A stretch of 64,000 bases of DNA, taken from contig CM082582.2 in the NCBI GenBank assembly GCA_040954595.2, forward strand, positions 1,426,001 to 1,490,000, in the 5' to 3' direction. The stretch comes from Balanoglossus misakiensis. Lineage: Eukaryota > Animalia > Hemichordata. Below are positions 15,001 to 27,049 of this stretch, in pieces. The translations under genes were made by a program, and so were the position numbers. How positions within the stretch are numbered: position 1 is the first letter of the stretch; each line of letters begins with the position of its first letter. Below the pieces are notes generated by a model. That model was not told the origin of the DNA. It ran no database searches and was given only the letters and a program-made list of their open reading frames with translations.

Positions 15001-18000
15001 TCAAAATCGACGAAATTTTGTGATTTTACAAAGTCGAAAATTTTGTCATTTTTTGATGATTTTCAACCATGATTTTTTTTCAAAAATCGACGAAATTTTG
15101 AGATTTTGCAAAGACGAAAATTTGTCATTTTTTGATGATTTTCACCCATGTCTTTTTTTAAAAATCGACGAAATTTTGAGATTTTGCAAAGAGGAAAATT
15201 TGTCATTTTTTCATGATTTTCCCCCATGATTTTTTTCAAAAATCGACGAAATTTTGAGATTTTGCAAAGTCGACGAAAATGTGTCATTTTTTGATGATTT
15301 TCACCCGTTTTTTTTTCAAAATTTGTCATTTTTTGATGATTTTCACCCATGTTTTTTTTTAAAAAATCGACGAACCTATGATTTTTTTCAAAATCGACGA
15401 AATTTTGTGATTTTATAAAGTCGAAAATTTTGTCATTTTTTGATGATTTTCAACCATGATTTTTTTTCAAAAATCGACGAAAATTTGAGATTTTGCAAAG
15501 ACGAAAATTTGTCATTTTTGATGATTTTTACCCATGATTTTTTTCAAAAATGGGCGAAATTTTGAGATTTTGCAAAGACGAAAATTTGTCATTTTTTGAT
15601 GATTTTCACCCATGATTTTTTTCAAAAATCGACGAAATTTTGAGATTTTGCAAAGTCGAAAATTTGTCATTTTTTGATGATTTTCCCCCGTTTTTTTTTT
15701 AAATGGACGAAATTTTGAGATTTTGCAAAGACGAAAATTTGTAATTTTTTGATGATTTTCACCCATGATTTTTTCAAAAATTGACGAAATTTTGAGATTT
15801 TGCAAAGTCGAAAATTTGTAATTTTTTGATGATTTTCACCCATGTCTTTTTTTAAAAATCGACGAAATTTTGAGATTTTGCAAAGACGATAATTTGTCAT
15901 TTTTTGATGATTTTCACCCATGTCTTTTTTTAAAAATCGACGAAATTTTGAGATTTTGCAAAGAGGAAAATTTGTCATTTTTTCATGATTTTCCCCCATG
16001 ATTTTTTTCAAAAATCGACGAAATTTTGAGATTTTGCAAAGTCGACGAAAATGTGTCATTTTTTGATGATTTTCACCCGTTTTTTTTTCAAAATTTGTCA
16101 TTTTTTGATGATTTTCACCCATGTTTTTTTTTAAAAAATCGACGAACCTATGATTTTTTTCAAAATCGACGAAATTTTGTGATTTTACAAAGTCGAAAAT
16201 TTTGTCATTTTTTGATGATTTTCAACCATGATTTTTTTTCAAAAATCGACGAAAATTTGAGATTTTGCAAAGACGAAAATTTGTCATTTTTGATGATTTT
16301 TACCCATGATTTTTTTTCAAAAATGGGCGAAATTTTGAGATTTTGCAAAGACGAAAATTTGTCATTTTTTGATGATTTTCACCCATGATTTTTTTCAAAA
16401 ATCGACGAAATTTTGAGATTTTGCAAAGTCGAAAATTTGTCATTTTTTGATGATTTTCCCCCGTTTTTTTTTTTTAAAGGGACGAAATTTTGAGATTTTG
16501 CAAAGACGAAAATTTGTAATTTTTTGATGATTTTCACCCATGATTTTTTCAAAAATTGACGAAATTTTGAGATTTTGCAAAGTCGAAAATTTGTCATTTT
16601 TTGATGATTTTCACACATGATTTTTTTCAAAAATCGACGAAATTGTGAGATTTTGCAAAGACGAAAATTTGTCATTTTTTGATGATTTTTACCCATGATT
16701 TTTTTTCAAAAATGGACGAAATTTTGAGATTTTGCAAAGTCGAAAATTTGTTATTTTTTGATGATTTTCACCCATGTCTTTTTTTAAAAATCGACGAAAT
16801 TTGGAGATTTTGCAAAGAGGAAAATTTGTCATTTTTTCATGATTTTCCCCCATGATTTTTTTCAAAAATCGACGAAATTTTGAGATTTTGCAAAGTCGAC
16901 GAAAATGTGTCATTTTTTGATGATTTTCACCCGTTTTTTTTTCAAAATTTGTCATTTTTTGATGATTTTCACCCATGTTTTTTTTTAAAAAATCGACGAA
17001 CCTATGATTTTTTTCAAAATCGACGAAATTTTGTGATTTTACAAAGTCGAAAATTTTGTCATTTTTTGATGATTTTCAACCATGATTTTTTTTCAAAAAT
17101 CGACGAAAATTTGAGATTTTGCAAAGACGAAAATTTGTCATTTTTGATGATTTTTACCCATGATTTTTTTTCAAAAATGGACGAAATTTTGAGATTTTGC
17201 AAAGACGAAAATTTGTCATTTTTTGATGATTTTCACCCATGATTTTTTTTCAAAAATCGACGAAATTTTTAGATTTTGCAAAGTCGAACATTTGTCATTT
17301 TTTGATGATTTTCACCCATGTTTTTATTTAAAAAAATCGACGAACCCATGATTTTTTTCAAAACCGACGAAATTTTGAGATTTTGCAAAGTCGAAAATTT
17401 GTCATTTTTTGATGATTTTCACCCATAATTTTTTTCAAAAATCGACGAAATTTTGAGATTTTGCAAAGACGAAAATTTGTCATTTTTTGATGATTTTCAC
17501 CCATGATTTTTTTTTCACAAATCGACGTAATTTTGAGATTTTGTAGTCGTAAATTTGTCATTTTTGATGATTTTCCCCCATGATTTTTTTCAAAAATCAA
17601 CGAAATTTTGAGATTTTGCAAAGTGGAAAATTTGTCATTTTTAGATGATTTTCACCCGTCTTTTTTCAAAAAATCGACGAAATTTTGAGATTTTGCAAAG
17701 AGGAAAATTTGTCAATTTTTGATAATTTTCAACAATGATTTATTTCAAAAATCGACGAAATTTTGAGATTTTGCAAAGAGGAAAATTTGTCATTTTTTCA
17801 TGATTTTCCCTCATGATTTTTTTCAAAAATCGACGAAATTTTGAGATTTTGCAAAGTCGACGAAAATGTGTCATTTTTTGATGATTTTCACCCATGTTTT
17901 TTTTTTAAAAATCGACGAACCTATGATTTTTTTCAAAATCGACGAAATTTTGTGATTTTACAAAGTCGAAAATTTTGTCATTTTTTGATGATTTTCACCC

Positions 18001-21000
18001 ATATTATTTTTCAAAAACCGACGAAATTTTGAGATTTTGCAAAGACGAAAATTTGTCATTTTTTGATGATTTTCACCCATGATTTTTTCAAAAATTGACG
18101 AAATTTTGAGATTTTGCAAAGTTGAAAATTTGTCATTTTTTGATGATTTTCACCCATGATTTTTTTCAAAAATCGACGAAATTTTGAGATTTTGCAAAGT
18201 CGAAAATTTGTCATTTTTTGATGATTTTCCCCCGTTTTTTTTTTTAAATGGACGAAATTTTGAGATTTTGCAAAGACGAAAATTTGTCATTTTTTGATGA
18301 TTTTCACCCATGATTTTTTCAAAAATTGACGAAATTTTGAGATTTTGCAAAGTCGAAAATTTGTCATTTTTTGATGATTTTCACACATGATTTTTTTCAA
18401 AAATCTACGAAATTTTGAGATTTTGCAGTCAAAAATTTGTCATTTTTTGATGATTTTCACCCATATTATTTTTCAAAAACCGACGAAATTTTGAGATTTT
18501 GCAAAGACGAAAATTTGTCATTTTTTGATGATTTTCACCCACGATTTTTTCAAAAATTGACGAAATTTTGAGATTTTGCAAAGTCGAAAATTTGTCATTT
18601 TTTGATGATTTTCACCCATGATTTTTTTCAAAAATCGACGAAATTTTGAGATTTTGCAAAGTCGAAAATTTGTCATTTTTTGATGATTTTCCCCCGTTTT
18701 TTTTTTAAAATGGACGAAATTTTGAGATTTTGCAAAGACGAAAATTTGTCATTTTTTGATGATTTTCACCCATGATTTTTTCAAAAATTGACGAAATTTT
18801 GAGATTTTGCAAAGTCGAAAATTTGTCATTTTTTGATGATTTTCACACATGATTTTTTTCAAAAATCTACGAAATTGTGAGATTTTGCAAAGACGAAAAT
18901 TTGTCATTTTTTGATGATTTTTACCCATGATTTTTTTTCAAAAATGGACGAAATTTTGAGATTTTGCAAAGTCGAAAATTTGTTATTTTTTGATGATTTT
19001 CACCCGTCTTTTTTTAAAAATCGACGAAATTTTGAGATTTTGCAGAGGAAAATTTGTCATTTTTTCATGATTTTCCCCCATGATTTTTTTCAAAAATCGA
19101 CAAAATTTTGAGATTTTGCAAAGTCGACGAAAATGTGTTATTTTTTGATGATTTTCACCTGTTTTTTTTTCAAAATTTGTCATTTTTTGATGATTTTCAC
19201 CCATGATTTTTTAAAAAATTGACGAAATTTTGAGATTTTGCAAAGTCGAAAATTTGTCATTTTTTGATGATTTTCACACATGATTTTTTTCAAAAATCTA
19301 CGAAATTTTGAGATTTTGCAGTCAAAAATTTGTCATTTTTTGATGATTTTCACCCATATTATTTTTCAAAAACCGACGAAATTTTGAGATTTTGCAAAGA
19401 CGAAAATTTGTCATTTTTTGATGATTTTCACCCACGATTTTTTCAAAAATTGACGAAATTTTGAGATTTTGCAAAGTCGAAAATTTGTCATTTTTTGATG
19501 ATTTTCACCCATGATTTTTTTCAAAAATCGACGAAATTTTGAGATTTTGCAAAGTCGAAAATTTGTCATTTTTTGATGATTTTCACACATGATTTTTTTC
19601 AAAAATCTACGAAATTGTGATATTTTGCAAAGACGAAAATTTGTCATTTTTTGATGATTTTTACCCATGATTTTTTTTCAATAATGGACGAAATTTTGAG
19701 ATTTTGCAAAGTCGAAAATTTGTTATTTTTTGATGATTTTCACCCATGTCTTTTTTTAAAAATCGACGAAATTTTGAGATTTTGCAGAGGAAAATTTGTC
19801 ATTTTTTCATGATTTTCCCCCATGATTTTTTTCAAAAATCGACGAAATTTTGAGATTTTGCAAAGTCGACGAAAATGTGTCATTTTTTGATGATTTTCAC
19901 CTGTTTTTTTTTCAAAATTTGTCATTTTTTGATGATTTTCACACATGTTTTTTTTTAAAAAATCGACGAACCTATGATTTGTTTCAAAATCGACGAAATT
20001 TTGTGATTTTGCAAAGTCGTAAATGTGTCATTTTTTGATGAATTTCACCAGTTTTTTTTTTCAAAATTTGTCATTTTTTCATGATTTTCCCCCATGATTT
20101 TTTTCAAAAATCGACGAAATTTTGAGATTTTGCAAAGTCGAAAATTTGTCATTTTTTGATGATTTTCACCCATGATTTTTTTCAAAAATCGACGAAATTT
20201 TGAGATTTTGCAAAGTCGAAAATTTGTCATTTTTTGATGATTTTCCCCCGTTTTTTTTTAAAATGGACGAAATTTTGAGATTTTGCAAAGACGAAAATTT
20301 GTCATTTTTTGATGATTTTCACCCATGATTTTTTTCAAAAATCGACGAAATTTTGAGATTTTGCAAAGTCGACGAAAATGTGTCATTTTTTGATGATTTT
20401 CACCCGTTTTTTTTTCAAAATTTGTCATTTTTTGATGATTTTCACCCATGATTTTTTCAAAAATTGACGAAATTTTGAGATTTTGCAAAGTCGAAAATTT
20501 GTCATTTTTTGATGATTTTCACCCATGATTTTTTTCAAAAATCGACGAAATTTTGAGATTTTGCAAAGTCGAAAATTTGTCATTTTTTGATGATTTTCCC
20601 CCGTTTTTTTTTTTAAATGGACGAAATGTTGAGATTTTGCAAAGACGAAAATTTGTCATTTTTTGATGATTTTCACCCATGATTTTTTCAAAAATTGACG
20701 AAATTTTGAGATTTTGCAAAGTCGAAAATTTGTCATTTTTTGATGATTTTCACACATGATTTTTTTCAAAAATCGACGAAATTGTGAGATTTTGCAAAGA
20801 CGAAAATTTGTCATTTTTTGATGATTTTCACCCATGTCTTTTTTTAAAAATCGACGAAATTTTGAGATTTTGCAAAGAGGAAAATTTGTCATTTTTTCAT
20901 GATTTTCCCCCATGATTTTTTTCAAAAATCGACGAAATTTTGAGATTTTGCAAAGTCGACGAAAATGTGTCATTTTTTTGATGATTTTCACCCGTTTTTT

Positions 21001-22926
21001 TTTCAAAATTTGTCATTTTTTGATGATTTTCACCCATGTTTTTTTTTAAAAAATCGACGAACCTATGATTTTTTTCAAAATCGACGACATTTTGTGATTT
21101 TACAAAGTCGAAAATTTTGTCATTTTTTGATGATTTTCAACCATGATTTTTTTTCAAAAATCGACGAAAATTTGAGATTTTGCAAAGACGAAAATTTGTC
21201 ATTTTTGATGATTTTTACCCATGATTTTTTTTCAAAAATGGACGAAATTTTGAGATTTTGCAAAGACGAAAATTTGTCATTTTTTGATGATTTTCACCCA
21301 TGATTTTTTTTCAAAAATCGACGAAATTTTGAGATTTTGCAGAGAGGAAAATTTGTCATTTTTTCATGATTTTCCCCCATGATTTTTTTCAAAAATCGAC
21401 GAAATTTTGAGATTTTGCAAAGTCGAAAATTTGTCATTTTTTGATGATTTTCACCCATGATTTTTTCAAAAATTGACGAAATGTTGAGATTTTGCAAAGT
21501 CGAAAATTTGTCATTTTTTGATGATTTTCACCCATGATTTTTTTCAAAAATGGACGAAATTTTGAGATTTTGCAAAGACGAAAATTTGTCATTTTTTGAT
21601 GATTTTCACCCATGATTTTTTTTCAAAAATCGACGAAATTTTGAGATTTTGCAAAGAGGAAAATTTGTCATTTTTTCATGATTTTCCCCCATGATTTTTT
21701 TCAAAAATCGACGAAATTTTGAGATTTTGCAAAGTCGAAAATTTTGTCATTTTTTGATGATTTTCAACCATGATTTTTTTTCAAAAATCGACGAAAATTT
21801 GAGATTTTGCAAAGTCGAAAATGTGTCATTTTTTGATGATTTTCACCCGTTTTTTTTTCAAAATTTGTCATTTTTTGATGATTTTTACCCATGATTTTTT
21901 TTCAAAAATGGACGAAATTTTGAGATTTTGCAAAGTCGAAAATTTGTTATTTTTTGATGATTTTCACCCATGTCTTTTTTTAAAAATCGACGAAATTTTG
22001 AGATTTTGCAAAGAGGAAAATTTGTCATTTTTTTCATGATTTTCCCCCATGATTTTTTTCAAAAATCGACGAAATTTTGAGATTTTGCAAAGTCGAAAAT
22101 TTGTCATTTTTTGATGATTTTCACCCATGATTTTTTTTCAGAAATGGACGAAATTTTGAGATTTTGCAAAGACGAAAATGTGTCATTTTTTGATGATTTT
22201 CACCCGTTTTTTTTTCAAAATTTGTCATTTTTTTATGATTTTTACCCATGATTTTTTTTCAAAAATGGACGAAATTTTGAGATTTTGCAAAGTCGAAAAT
22301 TTGTTATTTTTTGATGATTTTCACCCATGTCTTTTTTTAAAAATCGACGAAATTTTGAGATTTTGTAAAGAGGAAAATTTGTCATTTTTTTCATGATTTT
22401 CCCCCATGATTTTTTTCAAAAATCGACGAAATTTTGAGATTTTGCAAAGTCGAAAATTTGTCATTTTTTGATGATTTTCACCCATGTCTTTTTTCAAAAA
22501 TCGAAAAAATTTTGAGATTTTGCAAAGTCGAAAATTTTTCATTTTTTGATGATTTTCACCCATGATTTTCTTCAAAAATCGACGAAATTTTGAGATTTTG
22601 CAAAGTCGAAAATTTGTCATTTTTTGATGATTTTCACCTATGATTTTTTTCAAAAATCAACAAAATTTTGAGATTTTGCAAAGTCGAAAATTTGTCATTT
22701 TTTTGATGATTTTCACCCATGATTTTTTTCAAAAATCGACGAAATTTTGAGATTTTGCAAAGTCGAAAATTTGTCATTTTTTGATGATTTTCACCCATGA
22801 TTTTTTTCAAAATTGACGAAATTTTGAGATTTTGCAAAGTCGAAAATTTCTCATTTTTTAATGCATTTTCACCCATGATTTTTTTTCAAAAATCGACGAA
22901 ATTTTGAGATTTTGCAAAGTCGAAAA
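1..22926. repeat. 78-bp AT-rich tandem satellite array (continues beyond the window start)
   Basis: Consensus AAAATCGACGAAATTTTGAGATTTTGCAAAGTCGAAAATTTGTCATTTTTTGATGATTTTCACCCATGATTTTTTTCA. Period is 78 (e.g. CGACG at 4921 and 4999). The minus-strand ORFs are 26-aa repeats. Array ends abruptly at GTCGAAAA|CAAGCATC. Confidence 0.99.
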
Positions 22927-24419
22927 CAAGCATCGTCCGATTCGAATTCGACTCGTCATCGGTAGCTTTGTTTATTTCGCCCTTGGAGACCTCCCCTGGC
23001 CTCGTTAGGATGACTGTTACCAGGACTACCTTAAACCAATCTTTTCGAACCGGACGGTACACACGTCATGTCTTTGTTAATTGTCCAGGTACCAGAGTGT
23101 ACGTGTGGGCTCCCTAAACCACTCATTGGCGGCCGGTCCCTGTCCGAATAAACACGTTTGACAGACAAAAAATGATGAACAAGTGGCTTATTTCAATACT
23201 TCGTTAACTAGACGGCTGAACTCTGAATGTTGATTCAGCAAAAAAAATGTGTTTACGGCAAGGTTTCGATCAATACGACACATTTACCATTGAAAACGCC
23301 CAAAGTAAGTGGGGGCGTTTGACCATCAATCAAAACCAAGCCCAGGTGCATGTGAACGGCCGAAGCAGTGTAACGTTTCACATTCCGTGCAACGTCCGAC
23401 ACTGTGTGAAAGCGGTTGCTGTCGGGTGGCTTGACCTAATTTTCGTACATTGATATGCATTTGACACCTCACTACCTGTTTTCTCAATATTGCTAAAACT
23501 TTGCGTTGAAATATCACTGAAATGTTGATGATCCACGCACAAGTCGTCTACCCCGGCATGAAAAGCGTCTTATACAAGAAAACTAATTGCACATGACCAC
23601 CAAGGTCATACCGCAAGGTGTGTCTAAATGTCAAGGAAGGACACTTGGGTCAAGAACGACCATGACGGAGGAAAAACCGACAAGTCATTGTGTAACCTGT
23701 TTACTTGCCAATAGTCAAACGTCAAAATTTACTCTCAACTTGGTTGCAGATCGAGTCTCCCGAATTTCCAACTTTTATGATTGGGTAAATACCGATATGC
23801 GACTGGTATGCGACGCGTTGACGACGCGAAGATTTTGTTGAAATCAAATGGTTTGTCAAATGTCATCTCACACTGGAGATACCGTGGTCATCTGACATGA
23901 AAGGGTTCGATTGGGTCTGACCGCCGTCGTTCATCCATGCTTAGAAAGCGGCGATCATGGTACAAAGTAAAACCAAGGTCAAACCTTACTGAACACATGT
24001 ATTGCATGGAGAAACTTTTCTACCTGTCTGTGTACTGAACACGTACCGTGATTGCCATAGTTACAAACGTTACCACGTGAGAGAGATTGCATTTTACATC
24101 TGTCTTTTCAATTTTGTTGCTTTCTTACTATTCGGAATGATGGAGTCGAAACGAAAACTTTTTGCTTCAGGTGGACCTAGGGGAAATACCTTATTTGTGA
24201 CTTTTTTCATGACCCTAAAAAGACGTCGGAATTAATGTGGCTGAGGTCACTCAGGACGACGGAATGGTTGAGCGATTTTATTTTATGAGCTCCCACTAGT
24301 ATTTGTTTTATTGTTTCGGCAGTGTGTCGCGTTATTCGAGCAATCTGCAGTCTGAAAACGAACGGTTTTCAAAGTTTATAACAGTTTAAGCATGAAAGGT
24401 CCTGTTGTCTCCCTCGCTG

Positions 24420-24645
24420 TGTTTGTGTCACTGTGTCTTTGACGTCTGACTGACTGATTAACTGGCTGACTGACTTACTGACTGTCTGTCAACGTCGGTC
24501 TGTCTGACTGTCTGCCCCCTCTCTCTGAGAGAGAGAGTGAGCGAGCGAGCGAGCGAGCGACCGGTGAGTGTCTCTACTGATGAATGTTGCTCTGTCTGTC
24601 TGCTTGTGTCTGTCTGCCACTCTGCCTGTTTCACTCTGTCTCTCC
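24420..24645. repeat. Compound microsatellite/low-complexity tract (TGAC, TCTG, GA, GAGC)
   Basis: Runs tgactgactgat, ctctctctgagagagagag, (gagc)n and (tctg)n are directly visible. Confidence 0.85.
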
Positions 24646-24816
24646 TAATTTCTTTAAAATTAGGGATATGCTATTAATGCGATATGAAAGTCAGACACGA
24701 CGGAAACCTTTTATTCTCAAAACTGTCTGTTGTTTGCTGTTAAATATTGCAAAAGGTTAAGGGCCCTTTTCGCACGAGACACATGGCTTTGCAGCCGTAG
24801 CTCCCAATGTCATAAC

Positions 24817-25077
24817 GATTACCCGAACTACCCTAATTTTAGCCCGCCGACCCAAAACAGTTTAGATCTTCGCAAACCGGAAGTAAAAATAACGATGTCA
24901 AATATAAAACAATTCATGAAAATTGCGAGAATCACGCAAGAACTATGATGTCATTCTTCTACACTACGACGGCCAAAGATATAAAAAAAATTGAAAAATA
25001 AAAAAATGTCCCTTTCTACCTAAAATATTTTTGAAAACCATGTAATCGGAATAGCACATATTAGTTTTTTTGGCCTG
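24817..25077. mobile_element. Possible truncated MITE
   Basis: Right end GTAATCGGAATAGCACA...TTTTTTTGGCCT. Only CGATTAC remains of the matching left arm, and no TSD can be confirmed. Confidence 0.3.
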
Positions 25078-25425
25078 AGACATATCCAATTTCCCAACTG
25101 AACATGACACGTGATCAAGCATTTTCGACTTATCAGATGCAATCGCTGAACACCTCACACTGAGCGAGGTTTTGTCTGTCTTTATACGCGCCCTTTGTAT
25201 TTGTGCGTGACATGTCCAAGCCTTGTTAGGAACTCCCGTAAAATTCTACTCAAATGATGTATACTTTCATACTTACGACTGACAGGTATTTTCAGCGTTG
25301 CCAGCTGATTGTTTGTCAGGTACCGCTTTATAACAAGACGCCCCTCTGAGTTGATAACCTGCAATGTAACATCATTCAATTGGTCTAGTCATGTTAGCAT
25401 TAGTAAAATGCTTCAAAAGTGTTAA

Positions 25426-25716
25426 AGGGACATGATACAAGACACCGTTTATGTTAGTGAATGAACGTTCAACCACACACAACTTCCATCCGGCTTGTAT
25501 GATACGAGAGTAAAAACTCGCCCGAAATGAATAAATGGTAGAGACCGTTTATTCATTTTGGCTACTTTTTAAAACTCTCGTGTCTATACAAGCGGGGTGG
25601 AAGGTGTGTATGGTTGAACGTTGGTTCACTATATCCATATGTAGAATAATATAAACGCAGTCTTGTATCAAACATAATTAATGGAAAAAGGGCAGCGAGA
25701 GAGAGACTTTGTCCCT
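25426..25716. mobile_element. Palindromic TTAA-flanked MITE (Kolobok-like), copy 1
   Basis: TTAA|AGGGACA...TGTCCCT|TTAA with long internal inverted arms. The left arm lacks ~40 bp relative to copy 3. Confidence 0.88.
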
Positions 25717-26017
25717 TTAATGAATACAGCCACAATGTTCTGTTTATATCTACTGACGGACCAGGCATGGATTGTCACGTATAATTCTTTGAAACGTTTG
25801 GTCCTCTGAAGAAATCTGAGCACTCATCTACTCAGTTTGCTTATTTTGTCTTCCTCCACCAGTCAGTGGTATCGTCCGATTTGATACTCCACTCTAAGCC
25901 TCTTTCTGAATGGCTCTTTAAGTTGTGATCTGTAAGTCTTAAACCTTTCATCATCCCCCCCCCCCCCCCCGTTTCCTCTTTAGAGGTCGTCAACTGGTAA
26001 ACTGTGCGCCTGTGTCT

Positions 26018-26190
26018 CTTCCCATAGGAGTACATGGAGAATAGTTAGAAAACTCACTTCTACTATTGTCATTTTCATGAAATTTTACACATAGCTCCGA
26101 CAAATCAAAATAAATTCATCACGCTCTATTTTGAGATAAACTTTGTTCAATATTGTATCCATAGACAAACCATTGGTAGAAAATGCTGAC
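26018..26190 (+). repeat. Dispersed repeat fragment, paralogous to 31327-31535
   Basis: Shared TTCCCATAGGA...GAGAAT...TAGAAAAC...TTCTACTATTGT...TTTTGAGATAAACTT. Confidence 0.65.
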
Positions 26191-26357
26191 CGTCAGCAGT
26201 TTTCTTCAATTGTCGACTAAATTCACGGCCTTGTTTAAAGTCGAAAACAAGTGCAGTGACCCAAAATGGATTTTCATTATACATACAAATCAGAAACGAA
26301 AATTCACGATTAAAAGAAATGACAATGCTTTCAATTTTACTGATCGTACATCCTTAA

Positions 26358-26677
26358 CTCGCTGCCCTTTTCCATGTTTGATACAAAACACCGTTTATAT
26401 TAATGTAAATGTGGATATATAGTGATGCAACGTTCAACCGCACACACCTTCTATCCCGCATGTAGACACGAGAGCGAAAACTCGCAAAACTGAAAAATCG
26501 GTCTCTACCATTAATTCATTTTGGGCGAGTTTTTACTCTCATATCATACAAGCAGGATGGAAGTTGTGTGTGGTTGAACGTTCATTCACTACATATACAC
26601 ATGCCCATTAATATAAACGGTGTCTTGTATCAAACATAATTAATAGAAAAGGGCGACGAGAGAGAGAGTTTGTCCCT
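26358..26677. mobile_element. Palindromic TTAA-flanked MITE (Kolobok-like), copy 2, inverted relative to copy 1
   Basis: Right end TGTCCCT|TTAA. Centre CGGTCTCTACCAT is the reverse complement of the copy 1 centre ATGGTAGAGACCG. The left terminal ~18 bp are missing after a TTAA at 26354-26357. Confidence 0.85.
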
Positions 26678-27049
26678 TTAAGGCGACATGATGCATGAAG
26701 TGGCGAGAGATAAACGCGGCTGACCACCGCATTAAACACTGTCAAGCAAGGCACTTCAAATGCCAATTGTTTAAGTGTGTACTAAGTAATAGGTTCATGT
26801 ACCATGGGGGGGGGGGGTCAAATCACAACAGTTGGACATGTACGAATATGAAGAGACGATATCAGTTTGTTCATGTCTTCCTTTAGTAAAAAATCTTTTT
26901 TGAACTTTGTATAGAATTCATTGAACTTTACTTTAGCTTATGAACTCTCATTTGCACATCGTCATCTTGAAATTGTGTCGACTTTATCATAAGGTTTTTA
27001 TAACTCAACTAGGTCGCAAAACCTATTTAAGTTAGTGAGAATAGGACGT

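Noticed and set aside
397-22876. Dozens of ORFs with MGENHQKMTNFRLCKISKFRRFLKKI repeats
   Set aside because: Artefact of a 78-bp (3n) monomer lacking a stop in one frame; constant homopolymer frameshifts show no coding constraint.
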